Shown: positions 1-7,419 of the stretch, piece after piece
Position numbering within the stretch: position 1 is the first letter of the stretch
Layout of the letters: every line of letters begins with the position of its first letter
IMG/VR virus record: IMGVR_UViG_3300035670_000086
Location: 1 to 64,000 of that record
Direction: 5' to 3' (one strand)
Length of the DNA stretch: 64,000 bases
Source: a virus
Translations under genes and position numbers: made by a program
Notes under the pieces: generated by a model
What the model saw: only the letters and a program-made list of their open reading frames with translations
Told to the model about the DNA's origin: nothing
Databases searched by the model: none

Positions 1-164
1 TAAGGTTATGAAACGCATTAACAGCATCCCATTCAAAGTTTTGTTTCATAATCTCTTTGACTTTTTCCTCATGGGCATTTAAATCCATCCAATCTTTCAT
101 ATCAAACTCCCATTCATATGTAATTTGCACTTTGACTTTCTTGTTTTGGGAACTTTTGTTCATA
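1..164 (-). pseudogene. Partial hypothetical gene running off the window, apparently broken by a 1-nt insertion
   Basis: ATG at 164 gives MNKSSQNKKVQSANYI*; removing one G at 134/135 gives an open MNKSSQNKKVKVQITYEWEFDMKDWMDLNAHEEKVKEIMKQNFEWDAVNAFHNL to the window edge. Could be a sequencing error or a GTG start at 130. Confidence 0.4.
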
Positions 165-268
165 ATTTGCTTTGACTTTTGTTTGAAGTGTTGCTTTTTG
201 CAACAGGTATGATGCTTTTTTTAACAGGTAAGGCCAAAAACCTAACTTTGACTTTCTTTGACTTTTAT

Positions 269-829
269 TTACTTTTGAGGGTAAATATCATCCATTAACT
301 TGCAGAACTCATCGGTTTTATTCACTTTGACTTTCTCCTTTGACTCTTCTTCCGTATCAGAACTAGCTACAATTGTGCTTTGACTTTTATCTTCTTGCCC
401 TGCGCTTACCTTGCCATCTTCAACTCCAGCTTCATAGATTAGCAGGTTTTGTAGGCTAGTAGGATCCTTTGGTTTAGGATCTTTGACTCCAGTCTCATGG
501 AATAAAAGATCTTGGTACATTTGCTTATACTTAAGATACATTGAATGGTAGTGGTCAGATTCTTTACTTACTGTCTCTAGGTCTTTATTGAGCTTATCTA
601 CCATCTTGATAAGGTTATCAATAGACTTTTGTAGGATGTATTCTTGTGTATTGTTCATTAGATTTTTATTCACTAAAAAGGACACATTTTCTTTTGCTAG
701 ATCTTTGGCTACTTCTGGATCCCACATTACGGCAATGCTTACATCCATAATGTTTACATTATATTGTTTAGCTACCTTTTCTTTCAATAGCTCAACAATG
801 TCCTCTGTTGACATTTGGTCTTTGTTCAT
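269..829 (-). CDS. hypothetical protein (coiled coil; shares a segment with 837..1043)
   Basis: 186-aa ORF; LNKDLETVSKESDHYHSMYLKYK nearly identical to a segment of 837..1043. Confidence 0.75.
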   Translation of the reverse strand: MNKDQMSTEDIVELLKEKVAKQYNVNIMDVSIAVMWDPEVAKDLAKENVSFLVNKNLMNNTQEYILQKSIDNLIKMVDKLNKDLETVSKESDHYHSMYLKYKQMYQDLLFHETGVKDPKPKDPTSLQNLLIYEAGVEDGKVSAGQEDKSQSTIVASSDTEEESKEKVKVNKTDEFCKLMDDIYPQK

Positions 830-836
830 TGGTTTT

Positions 837-1043
837 TTAATGTTGGCAGTCCAGATTATCGTACAGTTCCTTATACTTAAGATACATTGTATGGTAGTAG
901 TCAGCTTCTTTGCTTACCGTCTCTAAGTCTTTATTAAGGTAGTCCAAAAGAGCTTCCTTATCTTCCTTTGAATCAAAGGATACTTTTACTGTATAAACAC
1001 CTGTCCAGATATTCGCAGAATGAGTCTTAGCTTTCTTCTTCAT
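837..1043 (-). CDS. hypothetical protein, chimera of its two neighbours
   Basis: N-half matches 1040..1267, C-half matches the middle of 269..829; ATGA overlap. Confidence 0.7.
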   Translation of the reverse strand: MKKKAKTHSANIWTGVYTVKVSFDSKEDKEALLDYLNKDLETVSKEADYYHTMYLKYKELYDNLDCQH

Positions 1044-1267
1044 TTGATTTCCCTTAGCTTGTTAGATACTTCTTCTAGTTTGGCTAGCTTTTTACCTAAG
1101 AGGTTACAGACTTCCTCTACGGACAGTCGATTTAAGATATCTTCTGGGAGTTTATTTTCGATGTAGTCCAGAAGAGCGTCCTTATCTTCCTTTGATTCAA
1201 AGGATGCAGTTACAGTATAAACACCTGTCCAGATATACGCAGCATGAGTCTTAGATTTCTTCTTCAT
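1040..1267 (-). CDS. hypothetical protein
   Basis: ORF with AGGAGG SD upstream; paralogous N-terminus to 837..1043. Confidence 0.75.
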   Translation of the reverse strand: MKKKSKTHAAYIWTGVYTVTASFESKEDKDALLDYIENKLPEDILNRLSVEEVCNLLGKKLAKLEEVSNKLREIK

Positions 1268-1343
1268 TGTGACCTCCTATTGACCAGCTAAAGGTGATTG
1301 TGAATATCCACAGATCAATGGTAAAAGATGGTTTGTCTTTCAT
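1251..1343 (-). CDS. small hypothetical peptide (30 aa, not in ORF track)
   Basis: MKDKPSFTIDLWIFTITFSWSIGGHNEEEI; ATGA overlap with the stop of 1340..1633; fills the gap. Confidence 0.45.
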   Translation of the reverse strand: MKDKPSFTIDLWIFTITFSWSIGGHNEEEI

Positions 1344-1633
1344 TGGTTTACGATTTCATTGGATTGGGTTACGATTCCCTTAGGTTGCTTTACGATTTCT
1401 TCTTTTACTGAACCAGATACCCATCCAATTGTATATCCTGCATTTGGACAACAGAGGGGTACTTTCTTTTGTGCATGAGCATATGCACGCTTAACTGATC
1501 TTTTGGTAGAATAAGACTCCATAAAACCTTTATTGCACTCTGTACACTCACCATATAAAACGAAGTTCGTTTCATCTGGCATAGCGAATCTCATAAATTC
1601 TTTATGGCTTATCTGCGGCTTACGGTTTAACAT
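1340..1633 (-). CDS. Cys-rich hypothetical protein, possible Zn binding
   Basis: LYGECTECNKGF...CC...YTIGW; paralog of 1620..1844; C-terminal 7-aa repeats IVKQPKG/IVTQSNE/IVNQ. Confidence 0.7.
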   Translation of the reverse strand: MLNRKPQISHKEFMRFAMPDETNFVLYGECTECNKGFMESYSTKRSVKRAYAHAQKKVPLCCPNAGYTIGWVSGSVKEEIVKQPKGIVTQSNEIVNQ

Positions 1634-1844
1634 CTGTGATTCCTCGTTGTTGGTTTACGATTGCCTCTTGTGCGAAATCATATGCCCATCCAATCGTATA
1701 ACTCTCGTCTATACAACAGGGCATTCCTTTGTTTAACGCACGAGTATATGCACACTTAACTCCTCTTTTGGTAGCGTAACGCCTCTCAAAGCCTTTAGAG
1801 CACTTCGCACACTTACCATACAGGATATAGAGTTTGGGTTCCAT
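1620..1844 (-). CDS. Cys-rich hypothetical protein, paralog of 1340..1633
   Basis: LYGKCAKCSKGF...CC...YTIGW. Confidence 0.7.
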   Translation of the reverse strand: MEPKLYILYGKCAKCSKGFERRYATKRGVKCAYTRALNKGMPCCIDESYTIGWAYDFAQEAIVNQQRGITDVKP

Positions 1845-1847
1845 GAT

Positions 1848-2051
1848 TTAAATGCTAGTGATCTCACAGGTACAGCCATGAGATTGCCCATTCCTAAGGT
1901 TTCGCCCAATAAGAGCAACCTGCAACGGAGGATAGTCCATGAAGTCTGCTTCTCGGATCATGGAAACTACCTGATTAACTTCTTTCTCGTTAAAATCATA
2001 TCCATCGGGGACGGTGATCTTGATCGTGAAGTCTTTGTGGTTGTCGTTCAT
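1848..2051 (-). CDS. hypothetical early protein
   Basis: ATG 7 nt after the TATAAT of a promoter cassette. Confidence 0.7.
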   Translation of the reverse strand: MNDNHKDFTIKITVPDGYDFNEKEVNQVVSMIREADFMDYPPLQVALIGRNLRNGQSHGCTCEITSI

Positions 2052-2104
2052 GGTAGGTATTATAACCGATCAGGAAGAGATAGTCACGGGTTTTTTGAGA
2101 AATT
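2052..2104 (-). promoter_or_regulatory. early promoter cassette copy 1 (GTGACT-N17-TATAAT-N7-ATG)
   Basis: -35 2082-2087, -10 2059-2064, upstream A-tract; conserved spacer CCTGATCGGT. Confidence 0.8.
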
Positions 2105-2311
2105 AGTTTGGCTCATCCAATACTTTGTTTCTCGACGGGCAACAGTTAAATTTTCATCCTGATTATCCAAGAGCCTCCGAAGAGTGCAGATGATAGATTT
2201 AAGTTCTTGGACATCGTTGGTTTCAATATCCTTGGGGTCATAGTACCCGTTTAAGTTAGGCTTCATGTTGTTCATGGTAGGCAGTACCCATTTTTTGTTC
2301 ATGTTGCTCAT
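2084..2311 (-). CDS. hypothetical early protein
   Basis: ATG 7 nt after cassette -10; stop TGA lies inside the next cassette's -35 box. Confidence 0.7.
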   Translation of the reverse strand: MSNMNKKWVLPTMNNMKPNLNGYYDPKDIETNDVQELKSIICTLRRLLDNQDENLTVARRETKYWMSQTNFSKNP

Positions 2312-2355
2312 GGTAGCTATTATAACCGATCAGGAGGGGATAGTCACAGGTTTTC
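2312..2355 (-). promoter_or_regulatory. early promoter cassette copy 2
   Basis: GTGACT 2342-2347, N17, TATAAT 2319-2324, N7, ATG. Confidence 0.8.
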
Positions 2356-2703
2356 TTAGTTTTTTTTGAACAAACGCACATGATCTCTTACCCATGCGTT
2401 ATCTGATAAATGAACATTACCAGTTAGCCAAATATCATCTGTAACCCAAGCATTCCCAGAAATGCGAACATAACCAGAAATCCAAGCGTTACCATCTACC
2501 ATCCCGTTATCACAAACACAGGAGTGTTCATCCATTCGGGCAGTATCACTTACCCTAGCCTCCCCATATACACGAGCGTCAGGGCCAATATACGCAGTAT
2601 CAGCCACAGTTGCAGTATCAGCTACCCATCCTCCCCCATTGCTATGCTGGTGAGCAGGTACAGGGCCATTACCATCTTCAAAATCAAAGGTTGTGATGCT
2701 CAT
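2356..2703 (-). CDS. hexapeptide-repeat (left-handed beta-helix) protein
   Basis: Repeating VADTAT/VADTAY/IGPDAR/VYGEAR/VSDTAR/ISGNAW hexads after a GPVPAHQHSNGGGWVA head. Confidence 0.75.
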   Translation of the reverse strand: MSITTFDFEDGNGPVPAHQHSNGGGWVADTATVADTAYIGPDARVYGEARVSDTARMDEHSCVCDNGMVDGNAWISGYVRISGNAWVTDDIWLTGNVHLSDNAWVRDHVRLFKKN

Positions 2704-2715
2704 GGTAGGTATTTA

Positions 2716-2934
2716 TCAGGCAGATGCATCACATAAGCAGTATTTGGAATCAAGTTCGCCGCATTTACAAGACATAGCTAAGGGCAGGTAGTTGGTAGGA
2801 TATTTATCCATCCACCATTGAATTAACTTGTTCTGCTTACGCAGCATAATACGCATCTCTGCGATCTCCTTATCCTTGCTTTGCAGCTTTTCCGACATGA
2901 GATCAATCAGTAGGTTTGTTGCTTTGTCGTTCAT
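2716..2934 (-). CDS. hypothetical early protein
   Basis: ATG 7 nt after cassette -10. Confidence 0.7.
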   Translation of the reverse strand: MNDKATNLLIDLMSEKLQSKDKEIAEMRIMLRKQNKLIQWWMDKYPTNYLPLAMSCKCGELDSKYCLCDASA

Positions 2935-2987
2935 GGTAGGTATTATAACCGATCAGGAAGGGATAGTCACGAGGTTTTTGAGAATTT
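2935..2987 (-). promoter_or_regulatory. early promoter cassette copy 3
   Basis: GTGACT 2965-2970, N17, TATAAT 2942-2947, N7, ATG. Confidence 0.8.
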
Positions 2988-2989
2988 AT

Positions 2990-3295
2990 TTAACCTCTGT
3001 TGCCATACTCTAGATCTTTTTTCATGTTCTTGGCATCTCGGATAAAATCTTCACGAGTCTCAGGGCTGTGATTAAGATTCCGAACTTCTTCCTTGAGCGA
3101 CATTACCATATCACTTAGATAATCACGGACTGCCCACTCTTCGGACAATGCACCTACCGTAGGATTACTAAGAACTTTATTGATATGATTAAGAAGATAG
3201 TTATCCTCTTCAGTATTAATCAGATGATCACGCTGTGCTTCCAGTTGCAGGATAGTGGACTCGGACAAGGGCTTGTTGTAGGTTGCGGTCTTCAT
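2990..3295 (-). CDS. hypothetical early protein
   Basis: ATG 7 nt after cassette -10. Confidence 0.7.
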   Translation of the reverse strand: MKTATYNKPLSESTILQLEAQRDHLINTEEDNYLLNHINKVLSNPTVGALSEEWAVRDYLSDMVMSLKEEVRNLNHSPETREDFIRDAKNMKKDLEYGNRG

Positions 3296-3348
3296 GATGC
3301 TTAGTATAACCGATCAGGAGGGTTTGGTCACGGGTTTTTTGGGAATTT
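3296..3348 (-). promoter_or_regulatory. early promoter cassette copy 4
   Basis: GTGACC 3326-3331, N17, TATACT 3303-3308, N7, ATG. Confidence 0.8.
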
Positions 3349-3582
3349 ACTTAACTGCTTCTTTAAGTTTTCGATCTCGATAGAACGAAGATTGCAGAGA
3401 TCAGCAACCTCTACATACCTACCATGGAAATAATTAAGTTTCTCTTCAGTTTCCTTCAACTTAAGTTCCAATTCAGCGATCTCTAGTTTTCTAGATACTT
3501 CAGCATATCGTACACCCTCCTCCCATGCGTGATTCCAGACTTGGGAGTAGGTGAGTGAAAAGGTTGTTTCGTTGTTGCTCAT
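3328..3582 (-). CDS. hypothetical early coiled-coil protein
   Basis: ATG 7 nt after cassette -10; stop inside the next -35 box. Confidence 0.7.
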   Translation of the reverse strand: MSNNETTFSLTYSQVWNHAWEEGVRYAEVSRKLEIAELELKLKETEEKLNYFHGRYVEVADLCNLRSIEIENLKKQLSKFPKNP

Positions 3583-3635
3583 GGTAGATAATATAACCGA
3601 TCAGGATGGGATTGTCACGCACTTTTTCAGAATTT
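3583..3635 (-). promoter_or_regulatory. early promoter cassette copy 5
   Basis: GTGACA 3613-3618, N17, TATATT 3590-3595, N7, ATG. Confidence 0.78.
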
Positions 3636-3876
3636 ATTTATACCACTCTAGAACTTCATCGTTACCATTCAACCATTCCAAAGCCATCTCTTTGGCTAAG
3701 TCTTGTCCCTGAAAACCTTTAGATGCTTTATGTCTCTCACCTTCCCATCCATAAACAAAATAAGTGTTTCCGTAATCTTTAAAATGAATTACTTCCACTA
3801 CTCTAGTATCTTTGGATAGAAAGACACCATTTAAGTCTGGATCCTTAATTTTCTGCCAGTTACTCATTTGTGGCAC
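3634..3876 (-). CDS. hypothetical protein (start probably 3867)
   Basis: ORF; an ATG at 3867 overlaps the upstream stop. Confidence 0.65.
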   Translation of the reverse strand: MPQMSNWQKIKDPDLNGVFLSKDTRVVEVIHFKDYGNTYFVYGWEGERHKASKGFQGQDLAKEMALEWLNGNDEVLEWYK

Positions 3877-4061
3877 TCGATAAAAGCACAGGGGTGTTCG
3901 TTGTTGTAGAAGTCTTCTACATAACCAAAGAAGTCAGCAGAGGTATCGAAACTTCTGCGAAATTCTCCATTCCAAGATTCTGTTTGTTTACAGATAGGAC
4001 ACTTAGTCCAAGTATCCTCCAAACCAGAATCAAGCAGGATATATGTTGCTTTGTTATTCAT
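3864..4061 (-). CDS. hypothetical protein with CxxC
   Basis: CPIC...HPC; ATGA overlap. Confidence 0.65.
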   Translation of the reverse strand: MNNKATYILLDSGLEDTWTKCPICKQTESWNGEFRRSFDTSADFFGYVEDFYNNEHPCAFIECHK

Positions 4062-4348
4062 TGGTGAGGTTCCGATTTGATGTTATCTCCGAGCCAAGCC
4101 TTGCCGTTTTGAATCGTCTTAGTTGCTACTTGAATGATTCTGGGGGAGTCTTGATTATCTTCGTCTTCATATTCAAGTTCAGCAAGATCGGCAACAAGGG
4201 CAATATCATTGACTCGCTGTTCGATCCAGAAATTAGTCATTTCATGGCCGAAGCCATTGTTATCATCGACGCGCAACTTAACATCGTAAGTGCCACCAAC
4301 TTGTTGTTCTAGGACGGTTAGATCACGGATCAGTTGTGAGAGTCTCAT
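4058..4348 (-). CDS. hypothetical early protein
   Basis: ATG 7 nt after cassette -10. Confidence 0.7.
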   Translation of the reverse strand: MRLSQLIRDLTVLEQQVGGTYDVKLRVDDNNGFGHEMTNFWIEQRVNDIALVADLAELEYEDEDNQDSPRIIQVATKTIQNGKAWLGDNIKSEPHQ

Positions 4349-4401
4349 GGTAGGTATTATAACCGATCAGGAGGGTTTGGTCACGGGTTTTTTGAGAAAT
4401 T
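4349..4401 (-). promoter_or_regulatory. early promoter cassette copy 6
   Basis: GTGACC 4379-4384, N17, TATAAT 4356-4361, N7, ATG. Confidence 0.8.
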
Positions 4402-4852
4402 AGTTAGCCCAAATAACTTTGGGAACATTGATAGAGTTATAGTTAGCTTTTGCTTTATTGTCAGACACTTGCGTTAAAACTAACTTTGCAATTACTGCAA
4501 AGAAGACATAACCTGAGTTTGAAACATACTCAGGATGCGAGTTGATGGGATTACAGTTACCATCATTCTCTAGCATAAATTCTAAGTGCTTGTAGGGATT
4601 GTAGTTAACATTACCGCGAAACTTACAAGCAATGGAAGTATCATCTACAAGATCACCATAGATGAAAGCATGGACATTCTTCCTACGCTCAGAAAGAACT
4701 TTGTTACGACCACTCTCGGACACTTTGAACTTAGGGTTCTTAAGTAACAGATGATCCTTGTGGCTCGTAACACGCCAACCCTTGTCAGTCTTGGTTTGAA
4801 CAGACCAACACTTCTTGTGGAAGTTCCAGTAGACTCGGCATTGCTTGCTCAT
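4400..4852 (-). CDS. conserved phage hypothetical protein
   Basis: RVYWNFHKKCWSV...FKVSESGR...RKNVHAF...YNPY motif set recognised from widespread phage proteins. Confidence 0.8.
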   Translation of the reverse strand: MSKQCRVYWNFHKKCWSVQTKTDKGWRVTSHKDHLLLKNPKFKVSESGRNKVLSERRKNVHAFIYGDLVDDTSIACKFRGNVNYNPYKHLEFMLENDGNCNPINSHPEYVSNSGYVFFAVIAKLVLTQVSDNKAKANYNSINVPKVIWAN

Positions 4853-4900
4853 GTTACCTACTATAACCGATGACTAGGCAATAGTCACGCTTTATTTATC
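4853..4900 (-). promoter_or_regulatory. early promoter cassette copy 7 (diverged spacer)
   Basis: GTGACT 4883-4888, N17, TATAGT 4860-4865, N7, ATG. Confidence 0.75.
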
Positions 4901-4997
4901 TTTTTTTTTCAGAATCTTTGGTTGCCGTATATAAGAACCATAGCAAAATTAGTGCATACGGAATCCAAAAATAAAGTTCTACAAACTCGTAATCCAT
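4896..4997 (-). CDS. small single-TM peptide (33 aa, not in ORF track)
   Basis: MDYEFVELYFWIPYALILLWFLYTATKDSEKKR. Confidence 0.5.
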   Translation of the reverse strand: MDYEFVELYFWIPYALILLWFLYTATKDSEKKR

Positions 4998-5101
4998 AGG
5001 TATGTTACCAGCCATTTAATAACTAACAAAGGTAACCCTATCACGAGGAACAATACTAAGATTGCTCTCAAAATTATTGTGGCTACCTTTGTAAGTTTCA
5101 T
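4979..5101 (-). CDS. small hydrophobic membrane peptide (40 aa, not in ORF track)
   Basis: MKLTKVATIILRAILVLFLVIGLPLLVIKWLVTYLWITSL; ATGA overlap with the upstream stop. Confidence 0.55.
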   Translation of the reverse strand: MKLTKVATIILRAILVLFLVIGLPLLVIKWLVTYLWITSL

Positions 5102-5313
5102 TTGTATTGATCTCGCCAATCCCTACCAAACAAGGTAGGAACTTGCTTTGATATCGTATCCATAACTACATCGTCTGGGTAGTGCTTTAGCAATCGTCTA
5201 GCTTCTTCCCTAACTTTACGAGGAACTTTGGGTGTGACTTTCGGATTCAAGAGATGCCGAAGAAAGTCTCTTGTTGCCGTTACAGCCCCAAACCTCTCGT
5301 AGTTAAGTGTCAT
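5098..5313 (-). CDS. BPSL0761-family protein
   Basis: MTLNYERFGAV..TRDFL...PRKVREEARRLLKHYP; GAGGA SD before ATG 5313. Confidence 0.7.
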   Translation of the reverse strand: MTLNYERFGAVTATRDFLRHLLNPKVTPKVPRKVREEARRLLKHYPDDVVMDTISKQVPTLFGRDWRDQYK

Positions 5314-5314
5314 A

Positions 5315-5542
5315 TTAGTCCTCGAAATCTTCGCCATATCTTGCATTCCATTGATTATAATTCTCGATCCTAGCTTGCATATGTTCCATAAGCTCTAGGC
5401 AATCCATAACTACTTGATGATAGTAGTTGATTGTTGGCTCGTAGTTGGGTTTGACTTTCTCGTTTTCGATGATATGTTTGCAAGCTGCCTTTAGATTGGT
5501 AGCTGATTCTACCAGTTGCTGATACGGATCCTTCTCTTTCAT
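5315..5542 (-). CDS. hypothetical protein
   Basis: ORF with AAGGAG SD. Confidence 0.7.
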   Translation of the reverse strand: MKEKDPYQQLVESATNLKAACKHIIENEKVKPNYEPTINYYHQVVMDCLELMEHMQARIENYNQWNARYGEDFED

Positions 5543-5543
5543 A

Positions 5544-5807
5544 TCAATCTCCTTCGATGGGTTGGACTACGAGATTGGGCAGACTATCTGTACAGTCGAT
5601 AGTATCCACAGCCTCTAGTTTATATTTGACTACTTGGACTGACTTGATAGTCTCAGGCTTAAACCATTTGACTTGTCGCATCATTTGCTCCAAAACCTTC
5701 TCCTTGGTGTTGGAGAAGTTCGTCATCATATATAGGTACGGAGGCTTCGAGTCGTTGAAGGTGATTTCTACTTGCCAGATTGTCTTGTTGTTGCTGTGTG
5801 CGCTCAT
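5544..5807 (-). CDS. hypothetical early protein
   Basis: Start reassigned to ATG 5807, 7 nt after a cassette -10. Confidence 0.7.
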   Translation of the reverse strand: MSAHSNNKTIWQVEITFNDSKPPYLYMMTNFSNTKEKVLEQMMRQVKWFKPETIKSVQVVKYKLEAVDTIDCTDSLPNLVVQPIEGD

Positions 5808-5852
5808 GATATACAGTATAACCAGTTGGTCAGCCCTTGTCACTCATTTTTT
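5808..5852 (-). promoter_or_regulatory. early promoter cassette copy 8 (inside the 3' end of 5830..6114)
   Basis: GTGACA 5838-5843, N17 ending GGT, TATACT 5815-5820, N7, ATG 5807. Confidence 0.7.
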
Positions 5853-6114
5853 CGGGAAAATATTTAACTGCCACATAGGTTCCTACGAAAGAACCTAACG
5901 CGATACTTACAATGTACCAAGGATTTTTAGTGTATGCAAGCACTCCATATGTTAGTAGCACATACATACCTGCTGCTACTAACCCCGCTCTGAACGCATC
6001 TCTCTTTGCAACAAGAAGATAGTAGAGAGCGTACAAGTAATCAATTACAACATAGGTGAAGAACAATGCGATTGCAATCCACCAATTAAACTCACTCTCC
6101 ATACATATTCTCAA
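5830..6114 (-). CDS. small integral membrane protein (about 3 TM helices)
   Basis: Three hydrophobic stretches, ending ALGSFVGTYVAVK. Confidence 0.75.
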   Translation of the reverse strand: MRICMESEFNWWIAIALFFTYVVIDYLYALYYLLVAKRDAFRAGLVAAGMYVLLTYGVLAYTKNPWYIVSIALGSFVGTYVAVKYFPEKMSDKG

Positions 6115-6430
6115 ATTCTTCTTCGTACATAATGTTCATTTCTAACTTCCAAGCTAGGTCGTGTTCAATAGTTGCGCCTCGACTTGAACTCCAACCTTTT
6201 AACAAGAAGATAGTATCACACTCCATCATAAGTTTTATACACTCATGCATATAGTATGACCACAACCCATCCTTGCCCCAATCGTCTTGTGTAAACTTTG
6301 GGCTAGGAATTAGCATTGGGTTTTTAATCTCAGCGGTAGGATACATTCTAGATAATAGAATGTGAGCCTTCTTAAAGTTTTCTTCTGCTTTGACTTCCCC
6401 GCTAATCGGGCCTGCAATGTAAATCTTCAT
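6092..6430 (-). CDS. DUF4406 / nucleoside 2-deoxyribosyltransferase-like protein
   Basis: MKIYIAGPISG...CDTIFLLKGWSSSRGATIEH; ATGA overlap at 6427-6430. Confidence 0.8.
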   Translation of the reverse strand: MKIYIAGPISGEVKAEENFKKAHILLSRMYPTAEIKNPMLIPSPKFTQDDWGKDGLWSYYMHECIKLMMECDTIFLLKGWSSSRGATIEHDLAWKLEMNIMYEEEFENMYGE

Positions 6431-6813
6431 TCTGGGAGTTCTCCTTGATATCCGTAATGTAGCCACTTAAAAGCTACAGACTTGTCTTTTGTGATCACTA
6501 CATTTAAAACACCATCTTTAGAGAATCGAGCATCAAACTCTTCGATGTAAAGATCGTGTCCAAGATGCTTCCATACAATCTTTTGCAGGCAAACCATGGT
6601 TCCTGCCTTTCGATCATATTCTTCGTTATCACGGCATCTTGCAAATGTAAGTAGTCCTGTGTCACCATATGACATGATTGTTACGCCACCGTAACGCTCA
6701 ATATCAAATTTACCCGCTTTGACTTCTTTTCGATTACGGATATGCTTGACTCTAAACCAGATGTCAAGGATTTCACCAGTATCTTTGTTGTAGATTTTTG
6801 CAGTTAGTCTCAT
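6427..6813 (-). CDS. hypothetical protein
   Basis: ORF; ARCRDNEEYDRKAG motif. Confidence 0.7.
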   Translation of the reverse strand: MRLTAKIYNKDTGEILDIWFRVKHIRNRKEVKAGKFDIERYGGVTIMSYGDTGLLTFARCRDNEEYDRKAGTMVCLQKIVWKHLGHDLYIEEFDARFSKDGVLNVVITKDKSVAFKWLHYGYQGELPE

Positions 6814-6828
6814 TTGACTTTTCCTCCG

Positions 6829-7419
6829 TCACATCATAGTCATGTTGTAGCGAGATCTAATGTAATCTAAATAATATCTCACCTCTTCGACTTTTAACTT
6901 TGTAGCCTTACAGAGTTTAGCAACATTTACCCTGCCGTTATCTTTCATACAATCAGGGTTGCCTACGATGTTTTCTACGATCAACTTTTCTTGGGGCAGT
7001 AGTTTGACTCTGATATCTTCAAGAACATTGTCTGCAATGTTCATGTTTACAATTTTAGGGTCAACAACATCCAACAGCAGTCTTTCGTCCTGCATAGAAT
7101 AATTGTGACCATCGACTGAATAGGTAGATGTAATACCTAGTTTCTTAGTTACATCTGATCCCTTCTTACCTTTCTTGTGCCACAAGCAGGTCTTGATGTA
7201 CTTATCAAAGCCTTTGGTATCTTTGAAGTCTTCAAATTTACCATTCTTACCATTGTCCTGAGCCTCATAACCTCTGATAGCTTCTAAGGCAGAGATCCAA
7301 AGGTCTTGCACATTATCATCAGGATCACATTTTGCAACATCCCCGTTGATCTTTTTGGCAATCATATGAATAAGATTGCCATACTTTTCTTGGATAAATT
7401 GATATTGTTCTTGATTCAT
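6829..7419 (-). CDS. sigma-70/ECF-like RNA polymerase sigma factor
   Basis: Region-2-like KYGNLIHMIAKK...DDNVQDLWISALEAIRGY...FDKYIKTCLW and region-4-like LLPQEKLIV...VAKLCKATKLKVEEVRYYL HTH. Confidence 0.6.
   Translation of the reverse strand: MNQEQYQFIQEKYGNLIHMIAKKINGDVAKCDPDDNVQDLWISALEAIRGYEAQDNGKNGKFEDFKDTKGFDKYIKTCLWHKKGKKGSDVTKKLGITSTYSVDGHNYSMQDERLLLDVVDPKIVNMNIADNVLEDIRVKLLPQEKLIVENIVGNPDCMKDNGRVNVAKLCKATKLKVEEVRYYLDYIRSRYNMTMM

Noticed and set aside
524-1268. Diversity-generating retroelement TR/VR pair
   Set aside because: Differences between repeats are not confined to adenines and no reverse transcriptase is in the window; duplication-deletion explains them.
2052-4900. Regularly recurring ~50-bp repeats as a CRISPR array or integron attC sites
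   Set aside because: Intervals are hundreds of nt and contain whole genes; repeats are non-palindromic, carry -35/-10 boxes, and no cas or integrase gene is present.
4979-4981. TAG read-through or alternative genetic code
   Set aside because: The downstream hydrophobic peptide is in another frame with its own ATG; long conserved genes are intact under the standard code and no suppressor tRNA is present.
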